Shown: in pieces, positions 38,181-53,269 of the stretch
Position numbering within the stretch: position 1 is the stretch's first letter
Layout of the letters: each line of letters begins with the position of its first letter
Origin: Octopus vulgaris
Taxonomy: Eukaryota
Reading direction: 5' to 3'
Assembly (NCBI GenBank): GCA_951406725.2
Contig: OX597836.1
Coordinates: 2,232,001-2,296,000, forward strand
DNA: 64,000 bases
Translations under genes and position numbers: made by a program
Notes under the pieces: generated by a model
Told to the model about the DNA's origin: nothing
Databases searched by the model: none
The model's input: only the letters and a program-made list of their open reading frames with translations

Positions 38181-39174
38181 TCATGACTACCACAAAAAAG
38201 ACATACGCATTCGCTTGTTGAGCCATTTTCACAAACACAAATATTCTGGACTGATAAATTACACACACATACAAGCAAACATATACACAGACTTACACAC
38301 TCGCACGTACACCCAAACATATTCTTACAGAGACAAGCACAATATCACCTTTACCGCCAACACCGCCAACATCACCGACAACAAGGTCACAAGCAAAAAT
38401 ACACACTCACAGACAAACACTCACAAACTCTCACACACACTTGACCTGTTTTCACACACGCAAATATTTTCGCTAACCTACAAATTGAATACTTCCGCAT
38501 ATTAATATAGACACATTCGCGACCGCTCGATGACACACAACGCTACGCCATCACTTATATACACACGCCGCCGACATATACAGATACTATCAGTGACACC
38601 AACGCTTACACCCGCACATATATACACACTTATACACTTACTCAAACACATACGCATATACATATTTATAAACTTACACACACACACACACATACGCATA
38701 TACATATTTATAAACTTACACACGCACACACACATACGTGTTGACCAGTTTTCACAGACATAAATATTCCCGCCACGCAAAGAACTGATAGTCGTGTCTT
38801 TCCTGAAGCAAAGAATTATCCATTCGGAAGAATAGGTTTTCCACACAGGACTTCTCCAAGATTAGTTCCAATTGCTGTGATCAATGACAATTTGTAATAT
38901 CCAGTGACATGGAAATGACCGAGGAGCGAGAGAAAGAGAGGGACAGAGACAGAGAGAGAGAGAAGGTATCAGAGAGATAGACGTCCAAGGAGTATAGATT
39001 AACCTATCAACGCATACTTCTTTACGCGGGATATTTGTGCATTGATGAAAGTGTTTATATGTGTGTGTGTGTGTGTGTATATGTTTATATAACGGCACAT
39101 CATGATAGATGTGTACAGCACATTGTTTGGCTGTACTAGGTGTGGTACAATGAAAACAAACAATATATACACAA

Positions 39175-39227
<53 letters not shown>

Positions 39228-40216
39228 AGCTGGTGTGTTGAGTATTTCCTGAAAGCGTTAGATTGAATATGTATATAACACACACACACAACCACACATA
39301 CACACATGTACACAAGAAAGAAGCACAAACACTTGTATTATATATATAGTCACAAATAGTTTTATATGTATCCATTTATAAATGAAGGTATGTGTCTATG
39401 AACACACACACGCTCATTCACACATACTTCAAACGCATAAAACTGGTGGCATAGATAGATAGATTGATTGATAAATGGATAGATAAATATATTGATAGAT
39501 TGATAAATGGATAAAGAGATAGATAGATAATAGATAGATGATAGATAATAGATAGATAGGTAGACAGATAATAGATAGACAAATAATAGATGAATAGATA
39601 GACAGAGAAATGGATATGTCGTCATATGAATTATTTGTGAGGTACTTTTGCACAGAACGGATTAAAACGCGTGTTTTGCAATGACGATGTCCTGGATTCA
39701 ATCCCACTTTTCGCTTTGTTAAGCCTGTCTCTTACTCCGTATTTACGGTTGGACCAAATGCATGTCCGTGAAATTAAGTAGACAAAAACAGTGGAAAAGC
39801 TTGTTTGATTAATTGTACCTGTTAAAATCAACAGCTACCACCTTCCCTGGCAAACTGCTTCAAGCTGAACAACATTGAGCAAGAGGCTCTCAGTACTACA
39901 AAATGTCTGTGAAAGCCAAGAGCACAGCACGATACAAATTTGTCTGGTGATCCCCCAGAGATTTCTTTTGAAATGAAAGTCATGTTTGCTGTAATGGTGT
40001 TTACACAGGTTTAAAGTGTCACCTTATAAATACTAAGTGTACAGGTATTACTAAATTTTCGGAATAGCATATCTCGAAGCAAACGCATAAAACTATAAAC
40101 AAAATAACACTATAGACAAAACAGTAAATCTTGAGTTGAAAAACGTTTTGTATAGAACATGTATGTATGTATGTAAGTGTATATGCAGTATGTATGGATG
40201 TAAATTGAGGGTAATA

Positions 40217-41225
40217 ATCCTTTCTCCTATTGGTACAATGCTAGAAGGATTTTTGGGGTGGATAAGTTGATCCCATTGATCCCAGTGCTCACCTGCTGCC
40301 TATTTTATTGACCTCTGAAAGATGAAAGGGAAAGTTGACTTCGGCAGAATTCGAACTCAGAGCGTAAAGAAGGGTGACTTGCCGCTATGCAATATTCCCA
40401 CCGTACTAACGACTATTCTGCAAGAAATAATATTTTCTACTCTAGGCACAAGGCCCAAAATTTTGGGAGAGGAAGCCAGTCGATTACATATATCCTAGTA
40501 CACAAATAGTACTTAATTTATGACCCCGAAAGGAAGAAAGACAAAGTCGACCTCGGCGGAATTTGAAATCGGAATGTAAAGATTGACGAAATACCGCTAA
40601 GCATTTCGCCCGACGTACTTACCTTTCTACCAGAAATACTCAGTTCAATATGTTTTTGCGCAGTGCCAGGAACGTTGAGGAAGATAAGTCGATTACATCG
40701 ATCCCAGTGATATACTGCAAGGTCTTTTATCGACCCATGACGGTATGGATGGCAAAGGTTTACATTGAACGTAAAATCGGACGACACGCCGCTAACTCTT
40801 TCGTTCGGTGTCCTAACAATTCTACCAGGTCACCAGTGTGAATAATGGCTTCATATTTTGACACAACGCCAGCAGTTTCAGAGGAGGGACTAAGTCGATT
40901 ACATTAAGCACCAGTAAGCTGGTACTTATTTTATGGACACTCGAAAGGCAAAGTCAACCTTGGTCGAACTTGAACTCATAGCCACAAAACATTGTGCTAT
41001 GGGTGCTAACGTTTCTGCCAGGTCGATGTCTTGAATAATAATCTTTTTTGCTACAGACCCAAAGCCTGAAATTTGGAGAAAGAAGGGAATAATTGATTAC
41101 ATCGACCCCAGTATTCAACTGGTATTTATTGAATCGACCCCGAAATAATAAAAGCAAAGTCGACCTCAGCGGAATTAGAACTCAGAACGTTAACTGACGA
41201 ACGAAATACCGCTATGCGTTTCATA
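40217..41225 (-). mobile_element. Head-to-tail array of five diverged SINE family A monomers
   Basis: Units of about 200 bp start near 40217, 40432, 40655, 40848 and 41040, each with gtcgattacatcga.cccag...gaaagg/gcaaagt...gaac. Confidence 0.85.
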
Positions 41226-41765
41226 ATAACGGGTGGCTAGAGAAGGAAATTTGTGATAGAGGTAGTAGATAAAAATTGTGCAACCTGTCACTATGGAACT
41301 GAACATAGATTCGCATAACTCATAGTTTAGGCTTTTAGCCACATGTCAACGACTTCGCTGCAAATGAATAAATGTGTACAAATATATGTGTATGGGAGAG
41401 CGGCGCATTAAATTTGAGGCAATACGAAAGATTTTATATGCGTGTGTGCATATGTGCGGATGTGGGTGTGTTCTGTATGTGCTGTATTGTAACTTTGAGA
41501 TGATTGCGTAATGCTACGTATGCATAGGATTAACTAATACGTATAAAAATGTGTATGTTTCTCTGTAGACTTCTTTGTATGCATACGGTGAAACATACCG
41601 TCACTCACAAGCATTTGTGTGTGTGTGTGTGTGTGAGTATGGTGTGTGTGTATTGAAAGGTCGAATATGAGAGAAAGGTAGAAAATGAAAGTGAAAAAAT
41701 AAATATTGATATATTAATAGAAAAATAGACACACGCTCACTTACATATGTGAGTGTGTATAAGTG

Positions 41766-41799
<34 letters not shown>

Positions 41800-41818
41800 A
41801 ACACATATGCATACACAC

Positions 41819-41862
<44 letters not shown>

Positions 41863-42339
41863 CTATATATATGCATACACACATCTTATATATATATATA
41901 TATATATATTCATAAATATATGTGTGTGTATGTTTCTGTAAAAAGAAGATGCGCAGAGTAAGAAAGACAGACTCACAGATGACATAGACAAATAGAGAGA
42001 GAGGGGGGAATAGAAGGAAAAAGAGCGGGAGAGAGAGTGGGAGAGAGAGAGAGAGAGGGAGAGTGGGAGAGAGGGAGGGAGGGAGATGCAGAGTGGAGTA
42101 AAAACATTGAGTGAAATAATTACGTATAAAAGTTTTGACAACTAATAATTCAACGGACGGTTGGACATTTCTCGTGACACTACGACACTCTAATGACCTC
42201 ACTCAATAACTGGTTAAGCGTTTCATTCCATCATATCTTTAGATCTTTGAAGCCAGTCGAATTATGAGAGATATACCGCCATGTTTGAATTGAAATAGTC
42301 ATTTCGAATTGTTTATGTAAGCCTCTGTGTGTGTGTATA

Positions 42340-42383
<44 letters not shown>

Positions 42384-42499
42384 TGAGGTGTGTGTGTGTT
42401 AAATTCGACGTCTGCTTTGCGTAACGTTGTCCGTCTGTGTATGTATGCGGGTGAGAATATTTCATAAGATAGTGTTTTGTTATGTTATTCGCCGTCTGC

Positions 42500-42960
42500 A
42501 GTGTTTAGCCCTAGGTCAGCCTGTTCAAGATGATCTATGATCAAAAGTATTCGAGCCGTGAATAACCGCTTTTATTTCTATGTGAAGGGAACCGAGGAGA
42601 ACCTCATCCATTGAAAATTTTATATGTTTATTTATTCGTTTCTCTCTCTTCTTAAGTGGTTATTTGAAGATTTGTTTGCTATTTCTAGCAGGTCGAGTAA
42701 TCATACCGAAGTTTTCAGTTGGTTTGCGATGTTTACTTGTTGATTGTGATGGCTTTCTTTAACCCCAGGTCAGCTTATCTGTCCAGACATATGATCAAAA
42801 GGCTTTTATCTCTGCCGACCCACAGCTTCCGTTGCGACCCGTTCATGTCAAACGATATTATTTAAACTAAGGATTTCTCCTTAGTTTAAAAGAATACTGT
42901 TTTCGGAGAGATTCGGTTGCTGCTTCTAGCATATTGTGCGACGGAGTCGAGGCTTCACTA
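42500..42960 (+). repeat. Tandem dimer of an old interspersed repeat (family D)
   Basis: ttagccctaggtcagc...tatgatcaaaag...gctatttctagca occurs twice. The same motifs occur near 6370, 20870-21030 (reverse), 33600 (reverse), 55060-55130 (reverse) and 56740. Confidence 0.6.
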
Positions 42961-42984
42961 TTGAGCAATAATATTTTCTGTGTA

Positions 42985-43150
42985 TACTGGTTTCAAATTT
43001 TCGCACAAATGGTAGCAGGAAACGATTACATGGAGACCATGCTTAGCTGGTACTTGTCTTCTAGACTCCGAACGGATGGGAAAACGAAGTCGACTTCGGT
43101 GGGATTTGAACTCAGAAACTAATGACGTACGAAATTTCGCTAAGCGCTTT
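42985..43150 (-). mobile_element. SINE family A, diverged
   Basis: cgattacat...ctggtactt...gaagtcgacttcggtgggatttgaactcagaa...gaaatttcgctaagc. Confidence 0.7.
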
Positions 43151-43225
43151 TGCTAAACGTTTTTCTGTGTATATTGATATGCGTTTATGGTAATAAATAT
43201 ATTTTAATAAATACATATATATATA

Positions 43226-43791
43226 CTAGCAGTATAACCCGGCTTTGCCCGGGATTAAGTTAGGATTATTAAGCTAACCAAGTTCTTTATTTCAAACCAA
43301 ACTAAGTAACATCGACGTCAATTTTGGACGAAATCCGTTGAAACTGGTTAATATATATATATATATATATATATGGGCAACACACACACACACACACATA
43401 CATACGTACGTACATCTATTGCATTCATGTTTTTTGCACGCATACATGTTCGTGTGTGCGTGTGTAAGTGTTGCCCGTATATCAACAAAACACTTATTTC
43501 TTCGATGGGATAAACAACAAAAGTCTTACAAAAACTTACTCGTCGCTAGAAGGGGACTTAACTCCAGTTTGCAAACAATGGTGATTTCTCCGACTTGAAA
43601 ATTATTAAAAGTTTCGGATGGAAATTTATTTTTACTGCTATTCGCTGGTGCCTCTGGGAAAAATAAGTCGACAAAAATACAGCTAGGGTCATGACGAATG
43701 TCCTCCTATATTTGGAACGACATGCGTGCTAGTTTGTGGACGTGCATAAATTTTATTCACGTGCACACACACATCCTGCCTTTTAGATAGA
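43226..43791 (-). mobile_element. Non-autonomous Helitron
   Basis: Minus strand starts A|TCTATCTAAAAGGCAGGATGTGTGTG and ends with GC hairpin cccgggcaaagccggg, then ttatactg, then CTAG|T. No TSD. Confidence 0.75.
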
Positions 43792-44149
43792 TACACACAC
43801 ACACACACACACACATAATAGATATATATATACATAGATGTGTGTGTGTGTGTGTGAATTTGATTAAATGTGAGTGCGTGTCAGTGCATGTTGATGTTAA
43901 TGTATATGTGCCCATATATGAATGTGTGCTTGGAGATGTGATTGCGCGCATAAGTTTTCAGTTTAATGAATGTGTGTGTGTGTGTGTATAGAGGCCTTTA
44001 TGACTATGCGTCCGCGCTTATTGCGTAAGCGCCGCGTGTATAGATATGCGTACACGTGTACTCGGATATAATAGTGAGTGAGTATTGGTGCATACCACGC
44101 ATGTGCCCGTGTATGTAGCCAGTTATGCATATAAACAAATTAGATATAT

Positions 44150-44360
44150 TAATTATATTAAATATATTGAATATATGATATTTAAGGAATGAAATACAAA
44201 ATAATTATATATGCACGCACGCACAAGGTGGACACTTTCAGATGATGAATTTATGTGTATAAGCATTTATACTTAATAATTCTTCATTTGAAAGTCTCCA
44301 CCTTCTGTGTGTAAACATATATAATTGTTATTAATATAATTGATATATTTAATATAATCA
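44150..44360. repeat. Imperfect fold-back element
   Basis: aattatatatgcacgcacgcacaaggtggacactttcagatgatgaatt (44203-44251) pairs with aattcttcatttgaaagtctccaccttctgtgtgtaaacatatataatt (44278-44326); AT-rich outer arms extend it. Confidence 0.75.
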
Positions 44361-47300
44361 ATGCACATCATTACCTCTATGTATGTATTACATAATTCGA
44401 ATACAATGTTTAAGTTTGCATGTGGTTTAAATGTCAGTCACTGTGTCCATTCATATGTATACTTATCTCCAATGGTGTGTCTGCATGCTGTTATATTTTA
44501 AAAGGTGTAAACGTATAGAGAGCCAGGTTATCAGAACAACGATTTGCTGTGGAGCTGCTTTAATAGGTGATATTTTTGTTGAGTATTGTAAATAATCTCA
44601 TGCTTCAAATCGTATTATCCGTGTCCTTACCGAAATGCTTCTTTTAGCTTTACAGAGGTGAACTTCATGATTTTCGCAATTGTATACATTTGTTCTAACA
44701 TGATTAAACAAAATGAAAGGCGAGAGAGCTATAAACGCCCCAAACAAGTTTCCCGGTGTTTGTGGATCTAGCTTATATTTTAGTACTATAATAAGGGGAA
44801 GTTTGAGAAGAGAAATTAAAATTCTTTGGTGCTTCCTTTACTATCTTTTCAGCTCTACATCAGTTTATCACTATTTCTAATTAACAGTCTCTCTTCATTT
44901 CTCACACTATACACTTGTCACTCTCTCTGCTACTCTGCCTCTCTCTATTATCTCTATCTCTTTTCCCCTTCTCTCTCTCTCTCATCTTTGTGGGATGTTC
45001 TCAAAGAGCTGTGTCTATTTTCTTGCCAACGGCAAAATTCTTAATCGTTACAAGTTGTTTGAAATCTGTTTGGAACAAAAAATGTAGATCACAGTAATAT
45101 TCAAATTACATGAATAAATTGCTATTATCAATCTGCTCGGGTTACATCTTTATATTTTGGCTTTATTATGACCTCATCTCTGAAATATAGAGTTTACCAA
45201 ACTTATCAGTCCCCAAAATATGTTATATCTAACTAATTATGTTATATCTAACTAATGACTTTCTGTCATTCACCTAATACCTCACAAGCAACATTCTTAA
45301 ACCATTGTCAATCCACAGAAACCTCACAATCAAAATGTCTATACCAATGTCAACATGCTGAACTCAAACAAATTTTGCAAACCTGTTTCATTGTCATAAA
45401 TTGAATAATGGCCGTCGGGTGACAGAGAAATATAACGTCAACATATATTTAGTCACATAATTTTACTTATTAAAGTCACAACTTGACGTGGTAGATTTTG
45501 CTAATTTCACCTTTCTGACATCAGTAACATTTTTATCAACTAAGCTCCACTGGATATCTAAAATATGTCCTATCCCCACCGGTTATCTTCCACGCCTTCT
45601 TTCTATTTGCAAGGTGTTCAGTACTATTGCCAGGACACAATGTCACATGTGTATGGCAAAAATAGTTTCCTTTTCATACAGATGAATTGGGCCACAAAAG
45701 ATGGAACCATTTGCTTTCGCCACTGACTGTAGAACACAAAATAAATGATTCGGTGAAAAGAGTCAATTTACTGGCAATATCGGGATAAGATATCAATAGC
45801 AGAGTAGTTCTGACATAAATATCAACGCTTTGACTGTACAAACATTGGTATCGAAAAATAAAGGCGAAATAAATCACACGGAAAACAACAAATATTTTAT
45901 TTAAAAGAGAGGAAGGAAATATTAACAGACTGGTGGAAAGTATTTTAAAAATGAAATAGAATAAAACATATATATAATGATAATAACCCAAAGCAAATCT
46001 AAAAGAAAGTGTCCAGAGTTATGTCTGTCTGTCAGAATAAAGAAATAATTTATTTGTTCAAAAAAAAAATGGCAGAACCCATTAAGATATAAAAATGAAA
46101 ATAACGGAGGAAGAAGTTTCTAATTCAAAGAATTTAATGAGAAATTCTAATTTATGTAGACAAGATCTCGGTCTATTTTAGTAGAGAACTATCATAAATT
46201 CCTGATAGGTTAAAACATTGATAGTGGAAATTGATGTGGTCTGCGTTGGCAATAATTAGTTCATAGAACATTTTATAGAAATGTTGCATAAATTTAATTG
46301 CTGGGAGGACTGACCTACTTCGCAAACATTATAACTCACTGCAGAGTCTGTCTGTCTGTCACATAGCGCATAATTTCGGTGGACGTGTGTGCATGTTAAT
46401 TTTAAACTGATGTCTATTTGAACTTTTGCCGGTTGTCTAATGTTGAATCAAACGGACGGTCGAATGCAGGGCGTGGGTTCAATTCTCAGTATGGAAAATG
46501 TATGGGCTAGGTTTAAAACTCAGACAGTACCCTGTAATGCTGAAAATAGTGCAGCAGGGACAGCGAGTGAGTTATAGAAGCAAAACATTCCGGAATGTGA
46601 TGGAGTGCTATATCCTATCCTTACAAACTGACCATAGGTTTTTTTTATTTTTAGAAAAAGCTAGAATATTAATTATTATTACACATTAACTAACGTATCA
46701 ATATAGAACTAATATCTCGCGAGTGAAAACTAATTAATTGCTTGAAATTTCTAAGAAAAACAAATGGACGAATTCGTGAACTTCAAGTGAGTTGTGAAAA
46801 TTACAATATACATATAGAAAGAGTAAAAATAGAATGTTTAAGACACACATTTTAGTTGATAGGTAAAGGAGATTGATCCTGAATGAAGATGACTGAGAGT
46901 GATTGAACTATTTTGCCTGTGTTTGAGATGTGTATATGTCAATATGTGTGAGTTTATAACCTAGGTTACATTTTTCATATGTGGATATGACTGTGCATGT
47001 GGCCACGGTCACCTCGACGACATTTGACCAATTTTACCAGAAAAAATATTGCTTTTTATAAGTTATCATAATAATACTGATGTATTACTTTCCTAATACC
47101 GTAAAAAGAATATATATATCAGGCTCATGCATAAATCAATTTTCTGAATGACCCCTTATTTCACTGAATATATACTCCACGTTAAAGATGATATGCATAA
47201 CGTTTCATTAGCATATGTCGGATAATATCTTCCAAGCAATAATTATAGAGCATGTAGAAGTTTGCGAAACACCGGCAGTTCAATGGAAGTTACGTGGTTA

Positions 47301-47538
47301 AATAAATATATATTCAGTTCTCATTCGCTTTGACTTGATGCTTTCATACACTCCTACACAAATATCTTCACCAATAAGACCTTCTCGATGTTCAGGTATC
47401 TGATATTGTTTACTGTGTCGAATTTGTGTGACATTACATGACTCTCTGAACCCACATCCTGTACTACTCATTTACACACACACACACACAGGCTTGTAGG
47501 TATATTTATATATACACATGTATATGTGAGTGTATGTA

Positions 47539-47579
<41 letters not shown>

Positions 47580-48334
47580 CATATATATATATAGATAGAT
47601 AGAGAGAGACAGATAGAGAGAGAGAGATACGTACGGACATAATTTTCTCGTTTATTTCCCGTTTACTGTTCTGTTTAATCATGTTCCTTTTTAACTATAA
47701 TTTTTAAGACTTAACGACTTAACTGTCAACCATGTCTTGCTAATCAACTGGAACCGTCTGTGTATGGTTCTCATGATACATCTCCTTCGCTTCCTCGAAC
47801 GGTTATATAGAATATTTAATAATAATAATAATAATAATAATAATACAGATCAGGAGAATGTTTCTAATAAAGGTAGCATCAATAAAAATATCATTAATTA
47901 TTTTCAATTTATTTAAAAATTATACAAACCTTCTAATTTCCAATTAACTAGTAACCATAGAAGAAAATTAGTCGCAGTATTATAATTATCAACTTTATGT
48001 GGCAGAAAACGCTACCAATACTATTAAGACTGATTATTGCATCTTCAACTTCCATGAAATAAAATTTAAACACAGTGAGGGCATATCTTATGCATTTCAT
48101 CCGCTACATATTTCAATTTCACTTTCTTTCTCTCTACTTCTCTTTCACTTTCGCCCTTCCTAAACACATACCCTTGCGTGCGCGCGTAAATACGTAGATT
48201 ATGTTTGTAAAATTAATCATAGAAAGGTTCCAATAAATTTTCAAGAAACTAAAAAATATTTTGTAGAGTATATTTTTATGTTGCAGAAGCCTCTCCTTTT
48301 TATCATTTACTAGTTGCTGGCTATCTGATAGTGT

Positions 48335-48555
48335 GTGAAACGGCTGTAAGGGCATCTCCAGATTGTTTCTATCGTTACAGCAGAAAGGTGCTTACACTTT
48401 GACCTAATGCTATGGATACCAAATCATGTCCGTCCTGGACCAGGTCGTCCGAGCAAAACATATTTAGATCAGTTCACCAGAGATAATGAATGTCTCCACG
48501 AAAACGTCCCTCGACTCATGCAGGACCCAGATGGAAGGCATGTGCGGGTTAAAAA
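48335..48555 (+). pseudogene. RTE-clade LINE ORF C-terminal remnant
   Basis: DLMLWIPNHVRPGPGRPSKTYLDQFTRD...LMQDPDGR matches the RTE pattern L.LW.P.H..R..GRP..TY.DQL..D......M.DR..WR. Confidence 0.75.
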
Positions 48556-50399
48556 TAATTATCTGCTATATAATGAGAACGGACAGGACATGTAAATGAA
48601 AGAATCCCTGTTTTCATCATTTGATCTATTTATAAAGAAAACTATAGACTATGAAACCAAGTGTTATTAATTTATGAAGATTTCCTGGGACGAACTGAAA
48701 AGCAATGTCTGTCATACTTGCAAGAGCTCATCTGTTCGATGCCTTCTTTTGTGAAACAGTCCAAGAGATTTAAAGATGTTACAGGAATTATTTTATTTGT
48801 AGCTCATAAATAGAAAGTGATTTGTCATACAGTATATATAGATATGTCTTATGGTAGTCTTTATACGATAAACTCTAAGCTTCTCGGATACGTCTGTGAG
48901 TTGTCACTCTAAGCTACTGCATCACGTATTCCATGCTGACACCTTGTTTACAACCAAATCATTTAATATTTTAATTCCACACCTACGGAACTAACACGTT
49001 AACAGTGTGCATATAAATAGAGATTATTATTTTTATATTAGTCCACACTATGCATCACCATGCATTTTGGATTGCTAGAACAGCGTCGATATCATTTATA
49101 AATAAAAACAAATCTGCCAAGAAACAAACTTACGTACACAAACTCATTCATACATAAATGTAAGAATATATATCTATACACAATTACACAAACACTCATA
49201 GACACACACATATATATATACGTGTCTATATTGAGGTGCATTCGTGCAGTGTAATGAATATGTAATATATTTCAGCGTTATGCAATGGCTGAGGGAATGT
49301 GTTTAACGCAGCTACGTTACAAAGTGTGATGATTGAAAATATTCATGTAGATACCTGGAAATATGTTATCTGGTTCCAAATGAAGCATGGCATTAATTTC
49401 ATTTCGACTTAATAGAAATAATCGCAAAGGTATTTATGAATGAGAAGTATACCACTATTCATAATCACGACTGCATTCATATATTCCGATAACTGTCGGT
49501 ATATTTCTGCTTGCATTTATAAACAAACGGCCTAAACAATTACATTAGTAGACGCGCGCATGCGCAAACTCACAGGTAAGCGCGCACTCATATATACACA
49601 TTCATACAAGCATGCGTAATCTTACATATACACTCACGTGTATGCTTGAATATATACATATATATATATATTGGGTTGTATACTTCTAAGCAATCCGTAC
49701 GTATTGTTTATGTGTGTATGCATGTACGTATACATGCATACATCCGTGTGTGTGTGTATAATTCTACGTACGTAGGTAAATATATGCTCGTATACGTGTC
49801 TATGCTTTCTCTCGAGTAACGGTGGAAACGGTAGAGTCTTCAGTTCCTGTATTACTGTCTCGAAACGGGATAGATGGAAACTTTATAACATCATTTTGAA
49901 TGGAAACGGTAAGAGGATGGCTTGCATAACAGATTTCTTCAGCCATAACAGATTCAGCATAAACAAGAAAATGAATATCAACAACCACTAAAATCTGTAA
50001 AACAGCCAAAAATACGATATAAAATTTGCTATAACAGAAAGTAAAACGGAACACTGGTCACGGCGTTTACGCTAGCTTCATCTGCAGAAAAACAAACAGT
50101 ATCCGCAGATATATTCCGTAAAGGAATCATGTCTGCTGAACAATATGAATAAATGTCGACATTGGAAGTGAGGATACTGAAGATAAATGGTGTATACATT
50201 CAGTTGATATTGTTCATTACTCACGTGTAGCTGTGATACGCAGGGATATAGCTGTCGATATTGATGAAGAAATCAGAAAGAATGTTCTTGACGTCATTAT
50301 GAAATTAGGAAAGGGAACTATTTGCGTTGGCATGGAATTGGAAGACTCGAAGTGTTCCAACGAAATTACTATCACGTATTAGCTATAGAACCAATGGTG

Positions 50400-50720
50400 A
50401 TTAACGCAAGTCGGTAATACAGTTAGTAACTAATAATAATTGTTGGATTCAACGATATAAAAGCAAAAGATGAGCTCGACTATTTGTCATAGGAAATATA
50501 TATTATCGACAGAGGCAGTGTTAATGCCGAGAGATAATATTTATCCTCACTTTAATGAGGATGCTCAGAAAAACTATACAGTGTTAGATACCATGAGAGA
50601 AAAACATTTTGGCTTTAGATGCAATATGCAAAACACGAGAGTATTTTGCGCCAAAACCCAGGATGATAGATTCACTCTACTGGAGCAGAATTCACTCTAA
50701 CAGGACATTCGCATTTAAAT
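50400..50720 (+). pseudogene. Possible decayed LINE RT N-terminal remnant
   Basis: A YKSK-like segment followed about 150 nt later by MREKHFGFRCN (cf. L.E.QFGFR.N); frames are broken. Confidence 0.3.
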
Positions 50721-52526
50721 GTTCTGATGGGGATGACACAATTGTTTAATATGTTGAAAAGGATATAATTTCCTAAATGTTTTCACTTTTGCATTAAGGA
50801 TATTTTAACGTTCGACATTTAAAGAATGGTCAACGCTCTTGAATTTCGTTCCCCATCCACTTAATTCACACATATACCATATTCTTTCACCATTGCCTCA
50901 CAGTAGCCTAACGCAAACTGCAGAATCCATTCAATATATATTCAGCAACAGCATCACTCATCTCCAATGGTAAACAATAGTGTTTTTCCTTCATTTAGTA
51001 GGACGGAATACGTTTGGCTATTTTGCCTCTTGCTCTCCATCTGTATGCGACTGCAAACAATATCTAATTATAATTTCACCGCAATACAATCGTCAGTGCT
51101 AGCGATATAATCACCAACTGGTTTATTATATTGGATAACATTCCGTCTCCTTATATGCTGTTACATTTGCATTCATTTGATTAAGAAAATTGTTTATATT
51201 ACTTGGCATCCCTCAGGTAAATGTCTGCGATGTTAATATTTTATAATTCTCAATAACATAACATAAAAATTCCCAGGTGGTGTTTAGAGTAATGTTTTGT
51301 CAAAAAATGATCTCTGTAATTTCTCTTGCTAAAAAAAGTTGTTTATTGATGTTTCTTGTTATTTCCATTCTTTTTTACGTTTGTTTGTCAAGGAAACGAT
51401 CTAGACATCTTAACATGGCCAACATCAGCTGCAAATTTCACGAAAACAGTCGAAACTTAATAATATTAAAAGACACCCCTTCCAAATATGTAGCAACAAT
51501 TATTTGTTTGTTATTTTATTCGGGATTTTTCACATTTCTTCACGTATTTAGATAGATAGTTACATGGATAAGAGCTTTCTTAAAATTTCCAACAATAAAC
51601 TCCATTCACAAGACACTTTTAAACCCCAAGATAAACTACAAACCAATAGTGCAGGCTGTCAAGTAGATAAAATCTGAAAATTATACACACACACACGCGC
51701 GTATATTGGTGTGTGTGTGTATAATAGAAGACAATATTTGGTCTTGTAAGATCACTTCTTAAACATAGTTAGTCAGTACAAGCATTCTATGAGTCCAAGA
51801 ATTTCCTATACATTAATTTGTTTTGATTGGATAAATTGATGCACGGGACTGGCTCACATTTCGGCGCAATTAGTTATAACACCGGTGCTACAAATGAAGT
51901 TGAGACGATCAACTGCACTCCAGGTTTTCTTATACGAGTTTACGGTTTTTTTAAAGAAGCAAGTTCTAACAAAACATGCTAAATAACCCATTTGCTGGGA
52001 CCGTTTCAGGGGCTGCTAATCCTGGGAAACACACACACAAACACACACAGACACACACACTAATAAGAAAGAAGCTTCCTTCAGGTCTACGAACACTGCT
52101 GTATTATCACTACAAAATCACTCTTCTCGTCAACTAATTTATATTCTTTCCATATTTAGCGTATATTCTTTAGTGAAAGAAACGGTGGATGCTATGAATC
52201 CCAGTTTTTTATATAATTTTTTTCAATTCCGGATTGAGAAGAGAGAGAATAGAGATAAGATGTGATATGTGAACGTATATAGTCGGATAACATGCAGTAA
52301 TACATCTTGTCCAGGCCTCTAATAATTGTGAAGCTCTAGAGCTTAGCCGATTTTGAACCACACTAAAGATCCCATATGTTATTATTAGGACAGAAGTCAC
52401 TATTATACCACTCTTATAGCATATACTCACTGCAAAAAGTCTAAGAGTTTTGCGAGTTGATACGTGCTAAAGCACAAAACCTTTGGTCCTTTAGTCACTG
52501 TGTTGCTTCTTCGAAATATGTTTGTT

Positions 52527-52626
52527 TGTATGTATGTATGTATGTATGTATGTATATAGATAGATAGGTGGATAGATAGATAGATAGATAGGTGGATAGA
52601 TAGGTGGATGGATAGATAGATAGGCG

Positions 52627-52687
<61 letters not shown>

Positions 52688-52700
52688 CCAGATATAGATA
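52527..52700. repeat. (TATG)n and (GATA)n microsatellites
   Basis: Direct reading. Confidence 0.95.
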
Positions 52701-53269
52701 GTTGTAAAACTACGTTGTTTAACGTTATGAGAAAACTGAACGAAGCTAATTAGAAAAGCCTCCTGTTAAATGATAGATAATCAAGTGCGATGAGGAAGAC
52801 ATCACCTTGGCACGACGGTGGTGAACTGAAACACTAATTATTCCGGTTCACTAATGTAAACAATTGATCTGAACTGCTTTGCTCTTAACTTCCTCCTATA
52901 ATTTCTCAACTGGGATATCTGGAGCCGGCGGTTTTAATTGCATTTGTGACACAATAGCAAAACCGATATATGAAAACGCATGAAAATGCAAAAGCATTGA
53001 AGTGAAAATTCTCTGTAAAAGCGTGGGAAGCGGAATGTAAACGTTCATGAGTTGTAGGTGGCTGTATGCGAATCTGTGTGTCTTTCTATTTTAATTAACC
53101 AACTGAGACAGTTCATATGTTTGCATATATATAAATACATCTGTCCATTTGCACACAACCATAAGCACACTTCTATATACACTCTCAGTTGCACAAACAT
53201 ACACACAGCTGTATAGGAATATTCGTATGCATGTTGTAGTGATTAGATATCCACTAAACATGCACATCG

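Noticed and set aside
40217-41225. CRISPR-like regularly spaced repeats
   Set aside because: Units are diverged 200-bp SINE monomers in eukaryotic DNA, with no identical short repeats and unique spacers and no cas genes.
49800-50084. 84-aa minus-strand ORF near a good acceptor (tttgtttttctgcag)
   Set aside because: All three frames from the acceptor hit stops early, there is no ATG start or donor, and no recognisable motif.
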